Shown one piece after another: positions 47,321 through 60,870 of a stretch of DNA of 64,000 bases. The notes under the pieces are model-generated. The model was not told the origin of the DNA, did not search any database, and saw only the letters and a program-made list of their open reading frames with translations. This DNA comes from Mobula hypostoma (lineage: Eukaryota): positions 54,810,001 through 54,874,000 of the forward strand of contig NC_086097.1 of NCBI RefSeq assembly GCF_963921235.1. The letters are read 5' to 3'. Within the stretch, counting starts at the first letter, position 1; each line of letters opens with the position of its first letter. The translations under genes were made by a program, and so were the position numbers.

Positions 47321-48820
47321 CAAACTTCAAACCTATTTTGATTTTGCCTTTCAATATTTTTCCTGACACCTACCTTCCTGTCCAATCTTTTCCTTCCTGA
47401 CCTGCGGCACTGGTTCCCAGCCCCCTGCAAAACTAGTTTAACCTCTCTCGTGTAGCATCAGCAAACCACCTGGTTAGGATATTGGTTTCCTCCAGTTCAG
47501 GTGCAACCCGTCCCTCTTGTACAGGTCACCCCTTCCCCAGAAAAGTTCCAATGGTCCAAACTGCACCATCTCCACAGCCACTCATGCATCCATGCTATCA
47601 CCCCATTCCTACCTGCACTAGCCCACAGCACTGAGTGTAATCGGAGATTACTCCCTTGGAGGTCCTTCTCTTCAGCCTATTTCTTAACCCTCTATTCTCA
47701 CTGCGCAGGACCTCTTCCCCTTTTCTGCTGATGTCATTGGTACCAATATGCACCACGACCTCTGGCTGTTCACCCTCCCCCTTGAGACTACTTTGCAGCC
47801 CCCCCCCAATATATCCTGGACCCCCGCACTCAGGAGGCAATACACTATCCTGGTGTCTCTTCTGCAGCCACAGAATCTTGTTTCTGTCCCCTATAACTAC
47901 TGCCCTGCCTGACTTCACCCTTCTCTGGTGAGCCTCAGAGCTGGCAACAGAGCCACCAGTCTGGCTGCTGCTGCCGTGCTTTGATGGATCATACCCCTCC
48001 CCCCCTGCCCCAGTAATATCCAGAGTTATACCTTGCTGAGGGGAATGGTCACAGGGGAACCCTAATCCCCTTACTTCACCTGGTAGTCCTTGACCCAGTT
48101 AGTCAGGCATTGAAGTTGGGTGCACTTCCTGCAGGAAACTATCAGGTATCCTGCATTCCCACACATGCAGGAACAGCATTCCATCCTGACTACTCTGTAT
48201 TAAAAAAAGACATACCTTTTCTTAACTGTGCCCCGCCTGTTCACGCTGAAGCCCGTTAAGCTGAATCCTTCCCACTCCATCACTGGCACACTCCGACAAT
48301 GGCCGCTCCAACGTGAGCTTACCTTCCTTTTATTTGCAACTGAGTTTAGGCCTCCAATGCCAACACTTCCCGTGCATGAGCAGCCAGAAAGAAAAACAGC
48401 TGTGCCCGAATCTGCTCCTTTTACTCCCTCTCCCGTTCTCCGTAGGGCTCCAATGCCGGCACTCACACTCCCAGCACCTGGGCCGCCGAAACAAGCCCGG
48501 ATTTAGTCAAATCTGCTCTTTTTATATTCACACCCCAACCTTTGGTAGGCCTCTGACACTGACACTTATCACACCTGTACAGCCAAAAAACGGAAGGAAA
48601 CTGAGTTCAGTCTCAATACCCACCTGGCATGGCCACAATGGAACAAGTAACCTCTTAGAACACTGTAAATTTCTGATGGCATACTTAAATATTTTGTTAG
48701 TTTTCTAACATGGGCATGAAATTCTGAGCCCGTTATTAGATTAAAAACAAGGCTGTGCCATCCCTGCCTTTCAGCATTAGTTTCACTGGAGGTGAACAGA
48801 AGTCAGAGCCTAGTTTGTAT

Positions 48821-48837
48821 CCACCAGCAGGTGGCCA
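48821..48837 (+). promoter_or_regulatory. Candidate CTCF site
   Basis: CCAGCAGGTGGC in a non-repetitive island between genes. Motif match only. Confidence 0.3.
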
Positions 48838-49165
48838 TATGACTAACTGTGCATGTATTAAAAAAAGCAAATTAGCAAAAGAGAAAATAAAAGCTTGGAT
48901 CTATACTGTGCCTTTCATAACCTTAGGATATTAAAAATGCTCTACAGTAAATTAAGCCCTACTGAATGTACTCCACCCCAAAAGAACATTGGATGGATCT
49001 CTGGGCCTTATGACTGAGGATGTTTTTAAAATCCATTTATTTTCAGTGAAAGCCACATAAACCTCACTGCCTGAAAGCATTAGCCTTGATTAGCCTTAGG
49101 TTCCCTAAGTGCCTGGCAAAAAAAGGAATACCCAGCCTGGCTAGCCTGCATCTCGAATTATTTCA

Positions 49166-50737
49166 AGGACACAACATCCATTCAGGCAACCTGCACCGAG
49201 TTGGATAGCTGGCTGAAATCTGTGGACAAGTCTGGCCTACCTGGGAAGTTTAAAGCCTGGGTGTATCAGCATGGCATTCTTCCCAGAATCCTGTGGCCCC
49301 TCCTCGTCTATGCAGTTCCGATCTCGACAGTCAAAACCTTAGAGAGGAGGGTTAGCAACCACCTCAGGAGATGGCTGGGGCTGCCAAAGAGCCTGAGCAG
49401 CATCGCACTTTATGAACACCACAACAAACTGCAACTGCCCTTCAAATCCTTGGAGGAAGAATTCAAGGTAACAAGAGTCAGAGAAGTGCTACAGTATAGG
49501 GACTCAAGTGACCCGAAGGTGGCTCGAGCAGGGATCCAAGTAAGTACTGGTAGGAAGTGGAGGGCAGAGGAAGCTGTTCAGGAGGCAGAGGCGCGGCTGC
49601 GTCATAGGAGGCTGGTGGGAGTGGTCACACGAGGCCGAGCTGGGCTAGGATCCTTTCCAACTCCCCAAATGGACACCAGAGGGAAGGAAAGGCGTCGTCT
49701 AGTTCAGGAGGAGGTGACAGCAGTAGTGGAGGAGATGAGAGCCTGCAAGGCGGTGGGAATGAAACAACAGGGAGCTTGGACAAGATGGGAGAATGTGGTT
49801 GAGAGGAAAGTGACCTGGGCTGATCTTTGGAAAGCCGAACCACACCGCATCCAATTTCTCATCCAGGCAGTGTACGATGTGCTTCCAAGCCCATCAAACC
49901 TGCACACATGGGGCAAGGCAGAGTCATCTGCGTGCCCACTGTGCTCCAAGCGAGGAACCCTGGAGCACATCCTCAGCGGCTGTGCAAGGGCACTTGGTGA
50001 GGGACAGTACAAGTGGAGGCATGATCAGGTCCTGAAGACCATCGCTGAAGCTGCCAGTGCAGGCGTTGAGTGGGCGAAGCGGTCCTGACCCTCCAAGCAG
50101 ACCATTGCCTTTGTCAGAGCTGGGGAGCAGCCAATACCTGCCAAAAGAACATCTGCAGGCATCCTGACCTCTGCAAGGGACTGGCAGCTGTTGGTGGACC
50201 TCGAACGGCAGCGGAAGTTCCCCAACCATATCGCAACCACCACCCTATGACCAGACATTGTCCTAGTGTCTGAGTCGACTAAGCAAGTTGTGCTGCTGGA
50301 GCTGACAGTCCCATGGGAAGATAGCTTGGAGGAGGCCTTTGAAAGGAAGCTCTCCAAGTACGCAGGACTGGTCAGCAACTGTCAGCAGGCTGGATGGAGA
50401 GCGAGGTGTCTCCCAGTGGAGGTTGGTTGTAGGGGATTCGTAGCCCATTCTTTAGTTAGAGCATTCAGCATCTTGGGCATCGAGGGAGAGAGGAAGAGGA
50501 GAGCCATCCGCAGTACCACCGATGCGGCAGAGAGGGCCTCAAGATGGCTGTGGCTCAAAAGAGGGGAGCCATGGAGTCATAAGTAGCTAGCCATCTGGAC
50601 ACAAGCTGGGGTCTGATCAGCCCCGGCTGGGTCACCTGGAGGAGGCTGTATGATGTTGAAAGACCCGAAACACCCGATGATTCCAGGAACATCACTGAAG
50701 ATGTGTCCAGAAGCGTCAATAGATGTATGTACACAGC
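49166..50737 (+). mobile_element. 5'-truncated second copy of the Hero-like family A element
   Basis: Highly similar to 44646-46214. ORFs 49201-50088 and 50266-50586. Same 3' end ...gtacacagc. Confidence 0.93.
50594..50711 (+). ncRNA. Permuted hammerhead, family A, third copy
   Basis: GUA 50648-50650, GAAA 50667-50670, CUGAAGA 50695-50701. Closing stem intact. Confidence 0.73.
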
Positions 50738-51260
50738 TACACTGACACAAACAATGAGATTTAGGCTTTTTTTTTTGTTCACCTGAATTTTATCCTGGCC
50801 TCCATTGCTATGTGAGTGTGGGGTTGGAATACTCTCACTGTGATTACATGTGTTCCCCTACAGTGCTACCCCCAAGTATAAAGTGCTGTTGCTTGGTAGG
50901 TTAATTAGCTGTTGTAAACTGACCCTACTAGAGCTGGCTGGTGGGAAATCAGGAGTTGTTTGTAGCATGAGAGAGAGAGTAGTTTCCAGGGAAGTAAATA
51001 GAAGAATGGGTTTGATAGTATTGTTCCAAATGCCGGCAGAGACTTGCGGGCTGAATGTTGCAGGAAAATATGGGATAAATGTACTAAGGTCTGATAATAT
51101 TTAAACAAAATCTTGGCAGATCCCAAACCAAATTTCATGATTTCAGGTGTAATACTGACTACACTATATGAAATAAGGCCATCAATATATGCAAGAAGTT
51201 GGTCTATTGTACAAGGTTTCTGAAAGACAAATTTTAAAAATGCTGATTTTAATTAGTAAT

Positions 51261-51355
51261 TCAAATTCCACATTTGGGGTTTGGTTGATAGGCAGTTTGC
51301 ACAGCTTTCAGTGGCTGATAGGATCCCCTTGAGTACATGTTAAGGACCTTCATAT
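51261..51355 (-). CDS. Probable terminal exon of the same gene (DMKVLNMYSRGSYQPLKAVQTAYQPNPKCGI*)
   Basis: Acceptor cctgcaatag, in frame with the previous exon, TGA at 51263-51261, ATTAAA just downstream. Confidence 0.42.
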
Positions 51356-52258
51356 CTATTGCAGGATTTTCAGAAAAAAATGTTTTAAACTCAGTTTTGG
51401 TTACTAAATTCAATAGCTTAAATTTATACTGTTCCTTTAAATTTGAAATATATTCCAATGTCTTTCATGGGAATGTTATCAAATAAAATATTGTACTAAG
51501 CATATAAAATGATGATAGGACATTGACTCATAGCTTGGTCATAAGAGACAGGACTTAGAATAAAAGAGAAACAAGAGATAGAGGCAGGAACTCAGGAAGC
51601 CAACTTCAGACTTTGTGGTTTTTGTTGCTGTAACTAGTATCAACACTGAAACAATTAAGCTCAGTATAATGAAGAGACTACATCTAAAACAGCTCGGATT
51701 TCAGGGGTGCTAATGTTGGTGGAAATAAAAGACAAAGGGAAAAGCAAGACTGATTTTCTCCCTACCTATCTTTTAAGAACCTAGCTCAAATGGAGAAAAC
51801 AAAGGAGAAAGCTCATCTATTTCTCCAGATTGTAGCAATCCATGGCAGTTTCCATTCCTTTCACTCTGGCCTTTTGCGTGCTACAGCACCCCGCCCCCCC
51901 GCACCATACTATCATTGAGACCAGTAGCATCTGCTACTTAGTAGGAATCAATGCCTACTAGCATTTCACCATGCTTAGAGAGAACAATATTGCTTTTTCA
52001 TGCCAATGCTGAGTAGCATGGTCTTAAGTTAGGCAACACTGTTCAAAAGGTCATGTGAGGCTTCCTTTGGAGAACAAATATCACAAATAACAAATATATA
52101 AACATAACTTACAGAAGCCTAACGAAGGTGCAACTTCCCACCCACCCACCGACCTACACCCCAGGACAGACTGTCTTTGATTTTATTGAAAGGGCGGTTA
52201 CAGTTAAACAAATTGTCTATGCCTTGCTTTCATTTCTGATCCTACATGTCTGACATAC

Positions 52259-52344
52259 CAGATGGCATTGCTATGACTTGTCTGAAATTTTCCATTGTAT
52301 AAAAAGGTGCTGCTATTGGTTCACCAGAAGCTGGTTTAGCTGGT
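52259..52344 (-). CDS. Probable penultimate exon of an unidentified gene (PAKPASGEPIAAPFYTMENFRQVIAMPS)
   Basis: 86 bp. Acceptor tttaagtttgaacag, donor CTG|gtatgt. Phase 1 out joins 51355 in frame. Confidence 0.45.
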
Positions 52345-52819
52345 CTGTTCAAACTTAAACTCAAGGATGATAACTGGCAACTCCACCCTTGAAAACACCT
52401 TTCTCCACATGTACTAAAACAGAAACTACCTCATGCTGACAAATAATATAGATCTATTATCAAAATGTTCTTAATTTTTATACCCAAGTGTTCTGCCTCA
52501 TTGAATTGAACCCACTCCAAACATTAGTATTTCAAGGCAAATTGCAGTGATTCTCTCAAGAAAAACATAAAATTCACTTTCATCCATTTCATGAAATTGA
52601 ACACAATTTAAAAAGCATAGTAATTTCTCCTACAGATTGAAACATGATAGGAATCAATGAAGGCAAGTGATGAGAGTGGCGAATAAACACAAAATCAGAC
52701 AATGGAGATATTTTGAACTATCAGGCAGGATATCCAACTGTGGAAGTTCAGTTTTCTACCCTGTTTAATAATACTCACATCCCACTAATGGAAAGCAAAA
52801 TGGATTAAAGTGGAAAATT

Positions 52820-55800
52820 AGAACATAGAATAGTACAGCACAGTACAGGCCCTTCAGCCCACAATGTTGTGCCGACCCTCAAACCCTGCCTCCCATGTAA
52901 CCCCCCACTTTAAATTCCTCCATATACCTGTCCAGTAGTCTCTGAAACTACACAAGTGTATCTGCCTCCACCACTGACTCAGGCAGTGCATTCCACGCAC
53001 CAACCACTCTCTGAGTAAAAAACCTTCCTCTAATGTCCCCCTTGAACTTCCCACCCCTTACCTTAAAGCCAGGTCCTCTTGTATTGAGCAGTGGTACCCT
53101 GGGGAAGAGGCGCTGGCTATCCACTCTATCTATTCCTCTTAATATCTTGTATACCTCTATCATGTCTCCTCTCATCCTCCTTCTCTCCAAAGAGTAAAGC
53201 CCTAGCTCCTTTGATCTCTGATCAAAATGCATACTCTCTAAACCAGGCAGCATCCTGGTAAATCTCCTCTGTACCCTTTCCAATGCTTCCACATCCTTTC
53301 TATAGTGAGACAACCAGAACTGGACACAGTACTCCAAGTGTGGCCTAACCAGAGTTTTATAGAGCTGCATCATTACATCGCGACTCTTAAACTCGACTTA
53401 TGAAAGCTAACACCCCATAAGCTTTCTTAACTACCCTATCTACCTGTGAGGCAACTTTCAGGGATCTGTGGACATGTACTCCAAGACCCCTCTGCTCCTC
53501 CACACTACCAAGTATCCTGCAATTTACTTTGTACTCTGCCTTGGAGTTTGTCCTTCCAAAGTGTACCACCTCACACTTCTCTGGGTTGAACTCCATGTGC
53601 CAGCCTACTACTGCATCCTATCAATGTCTCTCTGCAATCTTCGACAATCCTCTACATTATCTACAACACCACCAACCTTTGTGTCATCTGCAAACTTGCC
53701 AACCCACCCTTCTACCCTCACATCCAGGTCATTAATAAAAATCACAAAAGGAGAGGTCCAGAACCAATCCTTGTGACACACCACTAGTCCCAACTCTTCA
53801 ATCCGAATGTACTCCCTCCATCACGACTCTCTGCTTTCTGCAGGCAAGCCAATTCTGAATCCACCTGGCCAAACTTCCCTGGATCCCATGCCTTCTAACT
53901 TTCTGAATAAGCCTACCATGTGGAACCTTGTCAAATGCCTTACTAAACTCCATGTAGATAACATCCACTGCACTACCCTCATCTATATGCCTGGTCCCCT
54001 CCTCAAAGAACTCTATCAGGCTTGTTAGACACGATCTGCCCTTCACAAAGCCATGCTGACTGTCCCTGATCAGACCATGATTCTCTAAATGCCCATAGAT
54101 CCTATCTCTAAGAATTTTTTCCAACAGCTTTCCCACCATAGGTGTAATACTCACTGGTCTATAATTACCTGGACTATCCCTACTACCTTTTTTGAACAAG
54201 GGGGCAATGTTCGCCTCCCTCCAATCCTCCGGTACCATTCCCGTGGACAACGAGGACATAAAGACCCTAGCCAGAGGCTCATCAATCTCTTCCCTTGCCT
54301 CGTGGAGCAGCCTGGGGAATATTCCGTCAGGCCCCGAGGACTTATCCGTCCTAATGTATTTTAACAACTCCAACACCTCCTCTCCCTTAATATCAACATG
54401 CTCCAGAACATCAACCTCACTCATATTGTCCTCACCGTCATCAAGTTCCCTCTCATTGGTGAATACTGAAGAGAAGTATTCATTGAGGACCTCGCTCACT
54501 TCCACAGCCTCCAGGCACATCTTCCCACCTTTATCTCTAATCGGTCCTACCTTCACTCCTGTCATCCTTTTGTTCTTCACATAATTGAAGAATGCCTTGG
54601 GGTTTTCCTTTACCCTACTCGCCAAGGCCTTCTCATGCCCCCTCCTTGCTCTTTTCAGCCCCTTCTTAAGCTCCTTTCTTGCTTCCCTATATTCCTCAAT
54701 AGACACATCTGATCCGTGCTTCCTAAACCTCATGTATGTTGCTTTCTTCCACCTGACTAGATTTTCCACCTCACTTGTCACCCATGGTTCCTTCACCCAA
54801 CCATTCTTTATCTTCCTCACCGGGACAAATTTATCCCTAACATCCCGCAAGAGATCTCTAAACATCGACCACATGTCCATAGTACATTTCCCTGCAAAAA
54901 CATCATCCCAATTCACACCCGCAAGTTCTAACCTTATAGCCTCATAATTTGTCCTTCCCCAGTTAAAAATTCTCTTGTCCTCTCTGATTCTACCCTTTTC
55001 CATGATAATGCTAAAGGGCAGGGAATGGTGGTCACTGTCCCCCAGATGCTCACCCACTGAGAGATCTGTGACCTGACCTGGTTCGTTACCTAGTACTAGA
55101 TCCAGTATGGCATTCCCCCTAGACGGACTGTCAACATACTGTGACAGGAATCCATCCTGGACACACTTAACAAACTCTGCCCCATCTAAACCCTTGGAAC
55201 TAATCAGGTGCCAATCAATATTAGGGAAGTTAAAGTCACCCATGATAACAACCCTGTTACTTTTGCACCTTTCCAAAATCTGCCTCCCAATCTGCTCCTC
55301 TGTATCTCTGCTGCTACCAGGGGGCCTATAGAATACCCCCAATAGAGTAACTGCTCCCTTCCTGTTCCGGACTTCCACCCATACTGACTCAAAAGAGGAT
55401 CCTGCTACATTACCCACCCTTTCTGTAGCTGTAATAGTATCCCTGACCAGTAATGCCACCCCTCCGCCCCTTTCCCCCGCTCTCTATCCCTTTTAAAGCA
55501 CTGAAATCCAGGAATATTGAGAATCCATTCCTGCCCTGGTGCCAGCCAAGTCTCTGTAATGGCCACTACATCATAATGCTATGTATGTATCCAAGCTCTC
55601 AGTTCATCACCTTTGTTCCTGATGCTTCTTGCATTGAGGTACACACATTTCAGCCCTTCTACCTTCCTACCTTTACACCATTTATTCTGCTTCTCTTTCC
55701 TCAAAACCTCTCTATATGTTAGATCTGGCTTTACTCCATGCACTTCTTTCAATGCTCTATCACTCCGGGTCCCATCCCCCTTGCAAATTAGTTTAAACCC

Positions 55801-55823
55801 TCCCGAACCATGCTAGCAAACCT
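52820..55823 (-). mobile_element. Young CR1 LINE, ORF2 largely preserved (553-aa open stretch) with frameshifts
   Basis: ORFs 53798-55459, 53608-53793 (FADDTK), 53387-53596 and 52948-53373. (ctatgtt)-type tail. Confidence 0.95.
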
Positions 55824-55939
55824 AAAAAATTAAGATTACAAAATGATCTCCTGTGTTTCCTATTGGTTAAGATTACCCAAAATAAGTATCATGGTATATC
55901 ATTCAACTTTAGAGAAATTATCTAATCACTAATTATCTA

Positions 55940-57810
55940 ATTAGGAATGACTGCTGGAGGTTCTGGAGTGAAGATGTTCCAAAATGGACAGGGAGGGAGT
56001 TAAAATAGCTGGGGGAGTGGCATTGTCAGTGAGGGATAGTGTCAAAGTGACAGAAAGGGAGGACATTGTGGAGGGATTGTCTACCGAGTCAATGAGGGTG
56101 GAAGTCAAAAGCAGGAAGGTGGCAATCATTCTGTTAGGTGCATTCTATAAAATTACCACCCCCCCCAAAAAAAACCTTTCAGTAGCAACAGAGACACTGA
56201 GAAGCAGATTAGGAAACAGATTTTAGAAAGATGTTGAAATGGGTGACTTCAACTTCCCTAATATTGATTAGCACCTCCTTAGTGAAAAAGTTTTAGATGG
56301 GACAAATTCTGTTAGATGTGTCTGGGAAGAATTCCTGATGCAATATAGACAGGGTGACCAGAAGAGAGGACATACTGTATCTAGTAATAGGCAATGAACC
56401 TGGTCAGGTGACAGATCTCTCAGTGATTGAGCATTACCAAGACAATGACCACTTCTCTCTGACCTTCAGTATAGCCTTGGACAGGAATAGGAGCAGACAG
56501 AATGGTGAAATATTTAAGTGGGAGAGGATGCATTATGATAATATTAGACAGGAACTTGGGAGCATACATTAGGAATAGCTATAGTCGAGGAACTGTACAC
56601 TAAAAATGAGGAGATTGTTTGTGTGGATGTTGTTTAGGAGCACTTACATGGGATTATTGAGGGGTTTGTCCCTTTGAGATATGGAAAGGGTGGTAAGGTG
56701 AAGGAACCAGGCAGACAAGAGATGTGGGGCATCTAGTCAAGAAAAAAAAGCAGCATACTTACAATTTAGGAAGCAATGATAAGAGAGGCTATATAAGAGT
56801 TACAAGGCAGCTAGGATGGAGCTTAGGAAGGGACTTTGGAGAGCTGGAAGGGGACGAGAAGTCCTTAGTGAGTAGGATTAAGGAAAACCCTTAAGTATTC
56901 TACATATACATGTCAGGGATAAAAGAAGAAACATATGCCTGGAGTTGGCGGTAGGGAAGGTTTTTAATGAACACATTGCTTCAGTATTCACCAGTGAGTG
57001 GGACCTTGATAAATGTGAGGTCAGCACAGAACAGGCTGATATGCTGGAACATGCCGATTTTATGGAAGAAAATGATCTGCAACTTCTAATAAGTCCTTGG
57101 GCCAGACAGGATATACCCCGGAGTATTACCATGGGAAGCAAGGGAAAAGATTGATGCACCTTTGGCAATGATCTTTGTGTCCTCACTGGCCACAGGAAGA
57201 CTGGAGAATGGAAAATGTTATTCCTTTCTTCAAGGAAGGCAAGAGGGAGAATATGAGGAATTATAGACCATGACACAAGCTATTGGAGTAGATTCTGGAG
57301 ATAGAATTTAGGAACATTAGGAGAAGCATAGATTGATTAGGGATAGTCAGCATGGCTTTGTGTGGTTGTGCCTCACAGTTCTGATTGAAATCTTTGAAGT
57401 AGTGACAAAACATATTGAGGACGCAACAGTGGATGTGGTGTACATGGATTTTCGTAAGGCATTTCCCCATGCACATTCAGATAGTCAGCAGGCATTTTGT
57501 GTGGATTCGGAACTGGCTTGCCCACAGAGGGCTGAGGGTGGTAGTTGATGGAATGTATTCTGCCTGCAGCTAGGTGACTAGTGGTGTTCAACAGGTATCT
57601 ATTGTGGGCCCCCTGCTGTTTGTGACTTTTATAAAGGACTTAGAAGAGGAAATGGAAGGATGGGTTAGTAAGTCAGCAGCTGACATGAAAGTTGGTGGTA
57701 TTGTGGAGAGTGTAGAAGGTTGTCATATGTAACAATGGGATATTGATAGGATGCAAAGCTCAGCTGAGAGGTGCCAGATGGAGTTCAATCTGGAAAAGTG
57801 TGAGGTCTTA
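55940..57810 (+). mobile_element. Decayed CR1 ORF2 segment
   Basis: GGVALSVRD, YLVIGNEPGQVTDL, DSQHGFV..VVYMDFRKAF. Confidence 0.85.
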
Positions 57811-58239
57811 CTTGATTCTTATCTTAATAAATAAATAAATAAATAATACAATACAATACACTATAATACAACACAACCAATTTAAATTGTTATATTCAGG
57901 CCTAAAGATTTAATTGCTGTGGAGGATTTCTTACTCTTGTGGGATAATATCTTTCCTGACAAGGTTGGGCTGGGAGGTCATTCTGCTTGGCAAGCGAGAC
58001 TCCTGGCATTGAACAATATCAGGTTCTGGGCCTCCTCCACGGTGGTTGAACGAGTTGAGTCTGGGGCTGCAGGATGTGGTTCTGATGGTTCTGAACACCT
58101 TGAAGTGTTGGCATCCCAAGCAGTGCATGTCAAGCTTCGCTGGATGATGCAGATCATAATGTGTGACTATAGTGTCTGATGTCACCACTACATTCACGTT
58201 TTTGAAAGCCATCTCACGCTGTTTTGTCCATTGCCATTT

Positions 58240-59240
58240 CAAAGTCCAAAACTTCAAAGTATACAACTCTGAAACTCTTCAATTCTCTGGGTATATAGAG
58301 ACATGAAAAACCTACAGCACAATACAGGCCCTTTGGCCCACAATGCTGTGCCAAACATGTACTTACTTTAGAAATTACCTAGGGTTGCCCATAGACCTCT
58401 ATTTTCCTAAGCTCCATGTACCTATCCAGGAGTCTCTTAAAAGACCCTATCATATCTGCCTCCACCACCGTCGCTGGCAATCCATTCCACACACTCACCA
58501 CTCTCTGCGTAAAAAACTTACCCCGATGTCTCCTCTGTACCTACTTCGAAGCACCTTAAAACTGTGCCCTCTCATGTTAGCCATTTCAGGCCTGGGAAAA
58601 AGCCTCTGACTATCCACACGATCAATGCCTCTCATTATCTTATACACCTCTACCAGGTCACCTCTCATCCTCCATCACTCCAAGGAGAAAAGGCTCAGTT
58701 CACTCAACCTATTCTCATAAGGCATGCTCCCCAATCCAGGCAACATCCTTGTAGATCTCTTCTGCACCCTTTCATGGGTAGCCATGAAACAAAAAAAGAA
58801 AAGAAAGGCAGCACAATCATCAACCCTGAAACAGAAATGGAAGAGGCACATCAACCCCCAAATCCATCCCTCTTCCTGCACAAAAAAATGAACAAAATGG
58901 AAAAAGTACATCAACTCCCAAATCTCTCTTCCCACACAAAAAAATGAACAAAATGGATCAGGCACGTCGACTCCCAAATCCCTCTTCCCACACAAAAACC
59001 AATGAACAAAATGGATCAGGCAGATCGAACCCCCAAATCCTTCCTCCCACACAAAAAAAATGAACAAAATGGATTAGGCACAGCAATCTTGAAATCTATC
59101 TCCCCACACAAAAAGTACTGAGAAGATCGGGCGAGAAAACACAGAATATGAAAACTATAAAGCTGAAAAAAAGGTCTATAGTCCAAAGTCCAAATCCAAA
59201 ACACAGAAAAAGTCTGGACAACACTCTCCGGGTGCACTCT
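58240..59240 (-). repeat. Non-autonomous element with internal ~60-bp tandem array (about 58850-59115), split by a CR1 fragment
   Basis: About five units of ccaaatccctcttcccacacaaaaaaatgaacaaaatggatcaggcac. Same family as 6192-6420. Confidence 0.7.
58294..58774 (-). mobile_element. CR1 3' fragment
   Basis: ERVQKRSTRMLPGL. Candidate TSD tgggta (58288-58293, 58775-58780). Confidence 0.85.
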
Positions 59241-60870
59241 TCCCAATCTGTACTAATGGGTTGGAGGGGTGGCAGAAACCTGTCATAATAATTGACAAAT
59301 CCTAAAAAGGACAACAACTATGACACGTACTTTGGCTTTTGGACATCCACTGCTGCTTGAATTTTCTTAGCACACTTGTGTAATCCTTGAGTGTCATTGG
59401 TGTGACTACAATAGGTGGAAATGTTCCTTGTTATCCTTGCCCCTAACTATGAGGTCATCCAGGTAACACTGAATGCCTGGGAAGCCTTGCAGGACCTGGT
59501 CCATAGCTTTCTGCCAGAGTGTAGTTACAGATGCTATTCCAAAAGTAGGCCTATTATAGCGATAAAGCTCTCTGTGAGTGTCGATAGTGAGAAAAAACTT
59601 TGGACTCTTCTTCCATCTCCATCTGTAGATAGGCATCAGCCATATCCACTTTGCTGAAGTGTTTTCCTCCAGAAAGATGTACAAAGATATCCTGGACAGA
59701 GGGTATTGATCTACATTCAGTTCTGTGTTGATGGTGACCTTAAAATCACCACAGATCCTGACAAACCCATTCTTCTTGGCTACTGGGACCACTGGCATTG
59801 CTCATGGGTTCCATTCAGCCTTGACAGATTAGTGCTCTTTTTGAAACTGCAACTTGACTTTTTACCTTCATTTCTTTCCTGTGCAGTCTATTTATTTTTG
59901 TCTGGCCAACATGACATTTGTGTGTGTGTCCTACTTTGCTGCTTTTTCTGCAAGTTCTGCCTTTAAACTTGCATTGATCTGGTGAATGTGAGCCCCTGCC
60001 ACAATGGTAAAAGAATTTGTGCAATTTTGTTCATGCTCACTTTCTTTCCTTTCTGCAACTTGATTGCATCATGTTTACGTTGATGTAATGATTTCAACTG
60101 CTCTTTGGAATTATCTCTCAGTGCATCTTTATGCCCATCACTGAATGGACAATACTCGGTCAACTTCCTCAATTCAGACACAAATGCTGAAATAGACTCC
60201 CTTTCTTTTTGATTCCACTTATGAAACCTAAAGTGTTCTGCAATCAACAATGGCTCCGGTTCTAAATGTTCCTGCATTCATGATATCAGCAAAGCTCATT
60301 TCGGCTGGTTTGCTTGCAGCAATTAAACTTCTAAGCAAATTGTACGACTTTAAACCTATTGCACTTAGCAAATCTGGTACTCGTTTCTCATTGACTATTT
60401 TGTTTGCTTTAAAACACTGCTCCATTTGCTTAGTACACAAAATCCAGTTATCTCTAGTGCAATCGAACACATCAATTTTCTGTTGTAGCCAGCCATTTCT
60501 GCTCTTTTTTAAAAATTTATGATTATTATCACCCTATACTCATTGTTTTTGAACTTGCCTGTTTTCTGCTTTATTTCAAAACTCAGCTGTGTCTTTCCCT
60601 TCCGAAGAACATGCGCTGTGCTGTTCTTTTTCCTCGAGTTTTTCCACTACCATTCAATAGGTAGGTACTTACCTTGGGTTTGCTTAAAACTTCCTGATCA
60701 CTACTGTTATGATTTGTAACTCCAAAACATAATAACTAATTGAAAAGAAAATAAGGTAATCTAAGAGATAACTTGTGTACGTTTATTTTTACTTTACGTA
60801 TGCAAATTATGTGAAAATGTCATGACATATGATATTCACAGACATGTACATATGATGTGATAGCATCATA

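Larger units (their letters stand above)
41262..48500 (-). mobile_element. Decayed CR1 with ORF1 esterase remnant, split by the Hero-like element (42306-46214) and another CR1 fragment (about 46732-47320)
   Basis: ORF1 SGNH relic GRAVVIGD..EQPEVVVHIGTNDI (47598-47918). ORF2 pieces at 41310-42300 and 46215-46650. Confidence 0.8.
57885..60870 (-). mobile_element. Internally deleted Ty3/Gypsy LTR retrotransposon relic
   Basis: gag (FDC..DNW..MEQCFKAN, LLIAEHFRFHKWNQ, C..HSPDQC..C.K..KVGH), RT (PVVPVAKKNGFVRICGDFK, QCYLDDL), WTKQ..AF..VTSDTIVTHYD. Probable LTR remnant at ~60705-60870. Confidence 0.85.

Noticed and set aside
58850..59115. CRISPR-like array
   Set aside because: Degenerate tandem units without unique spacers, in a vertebrate context.
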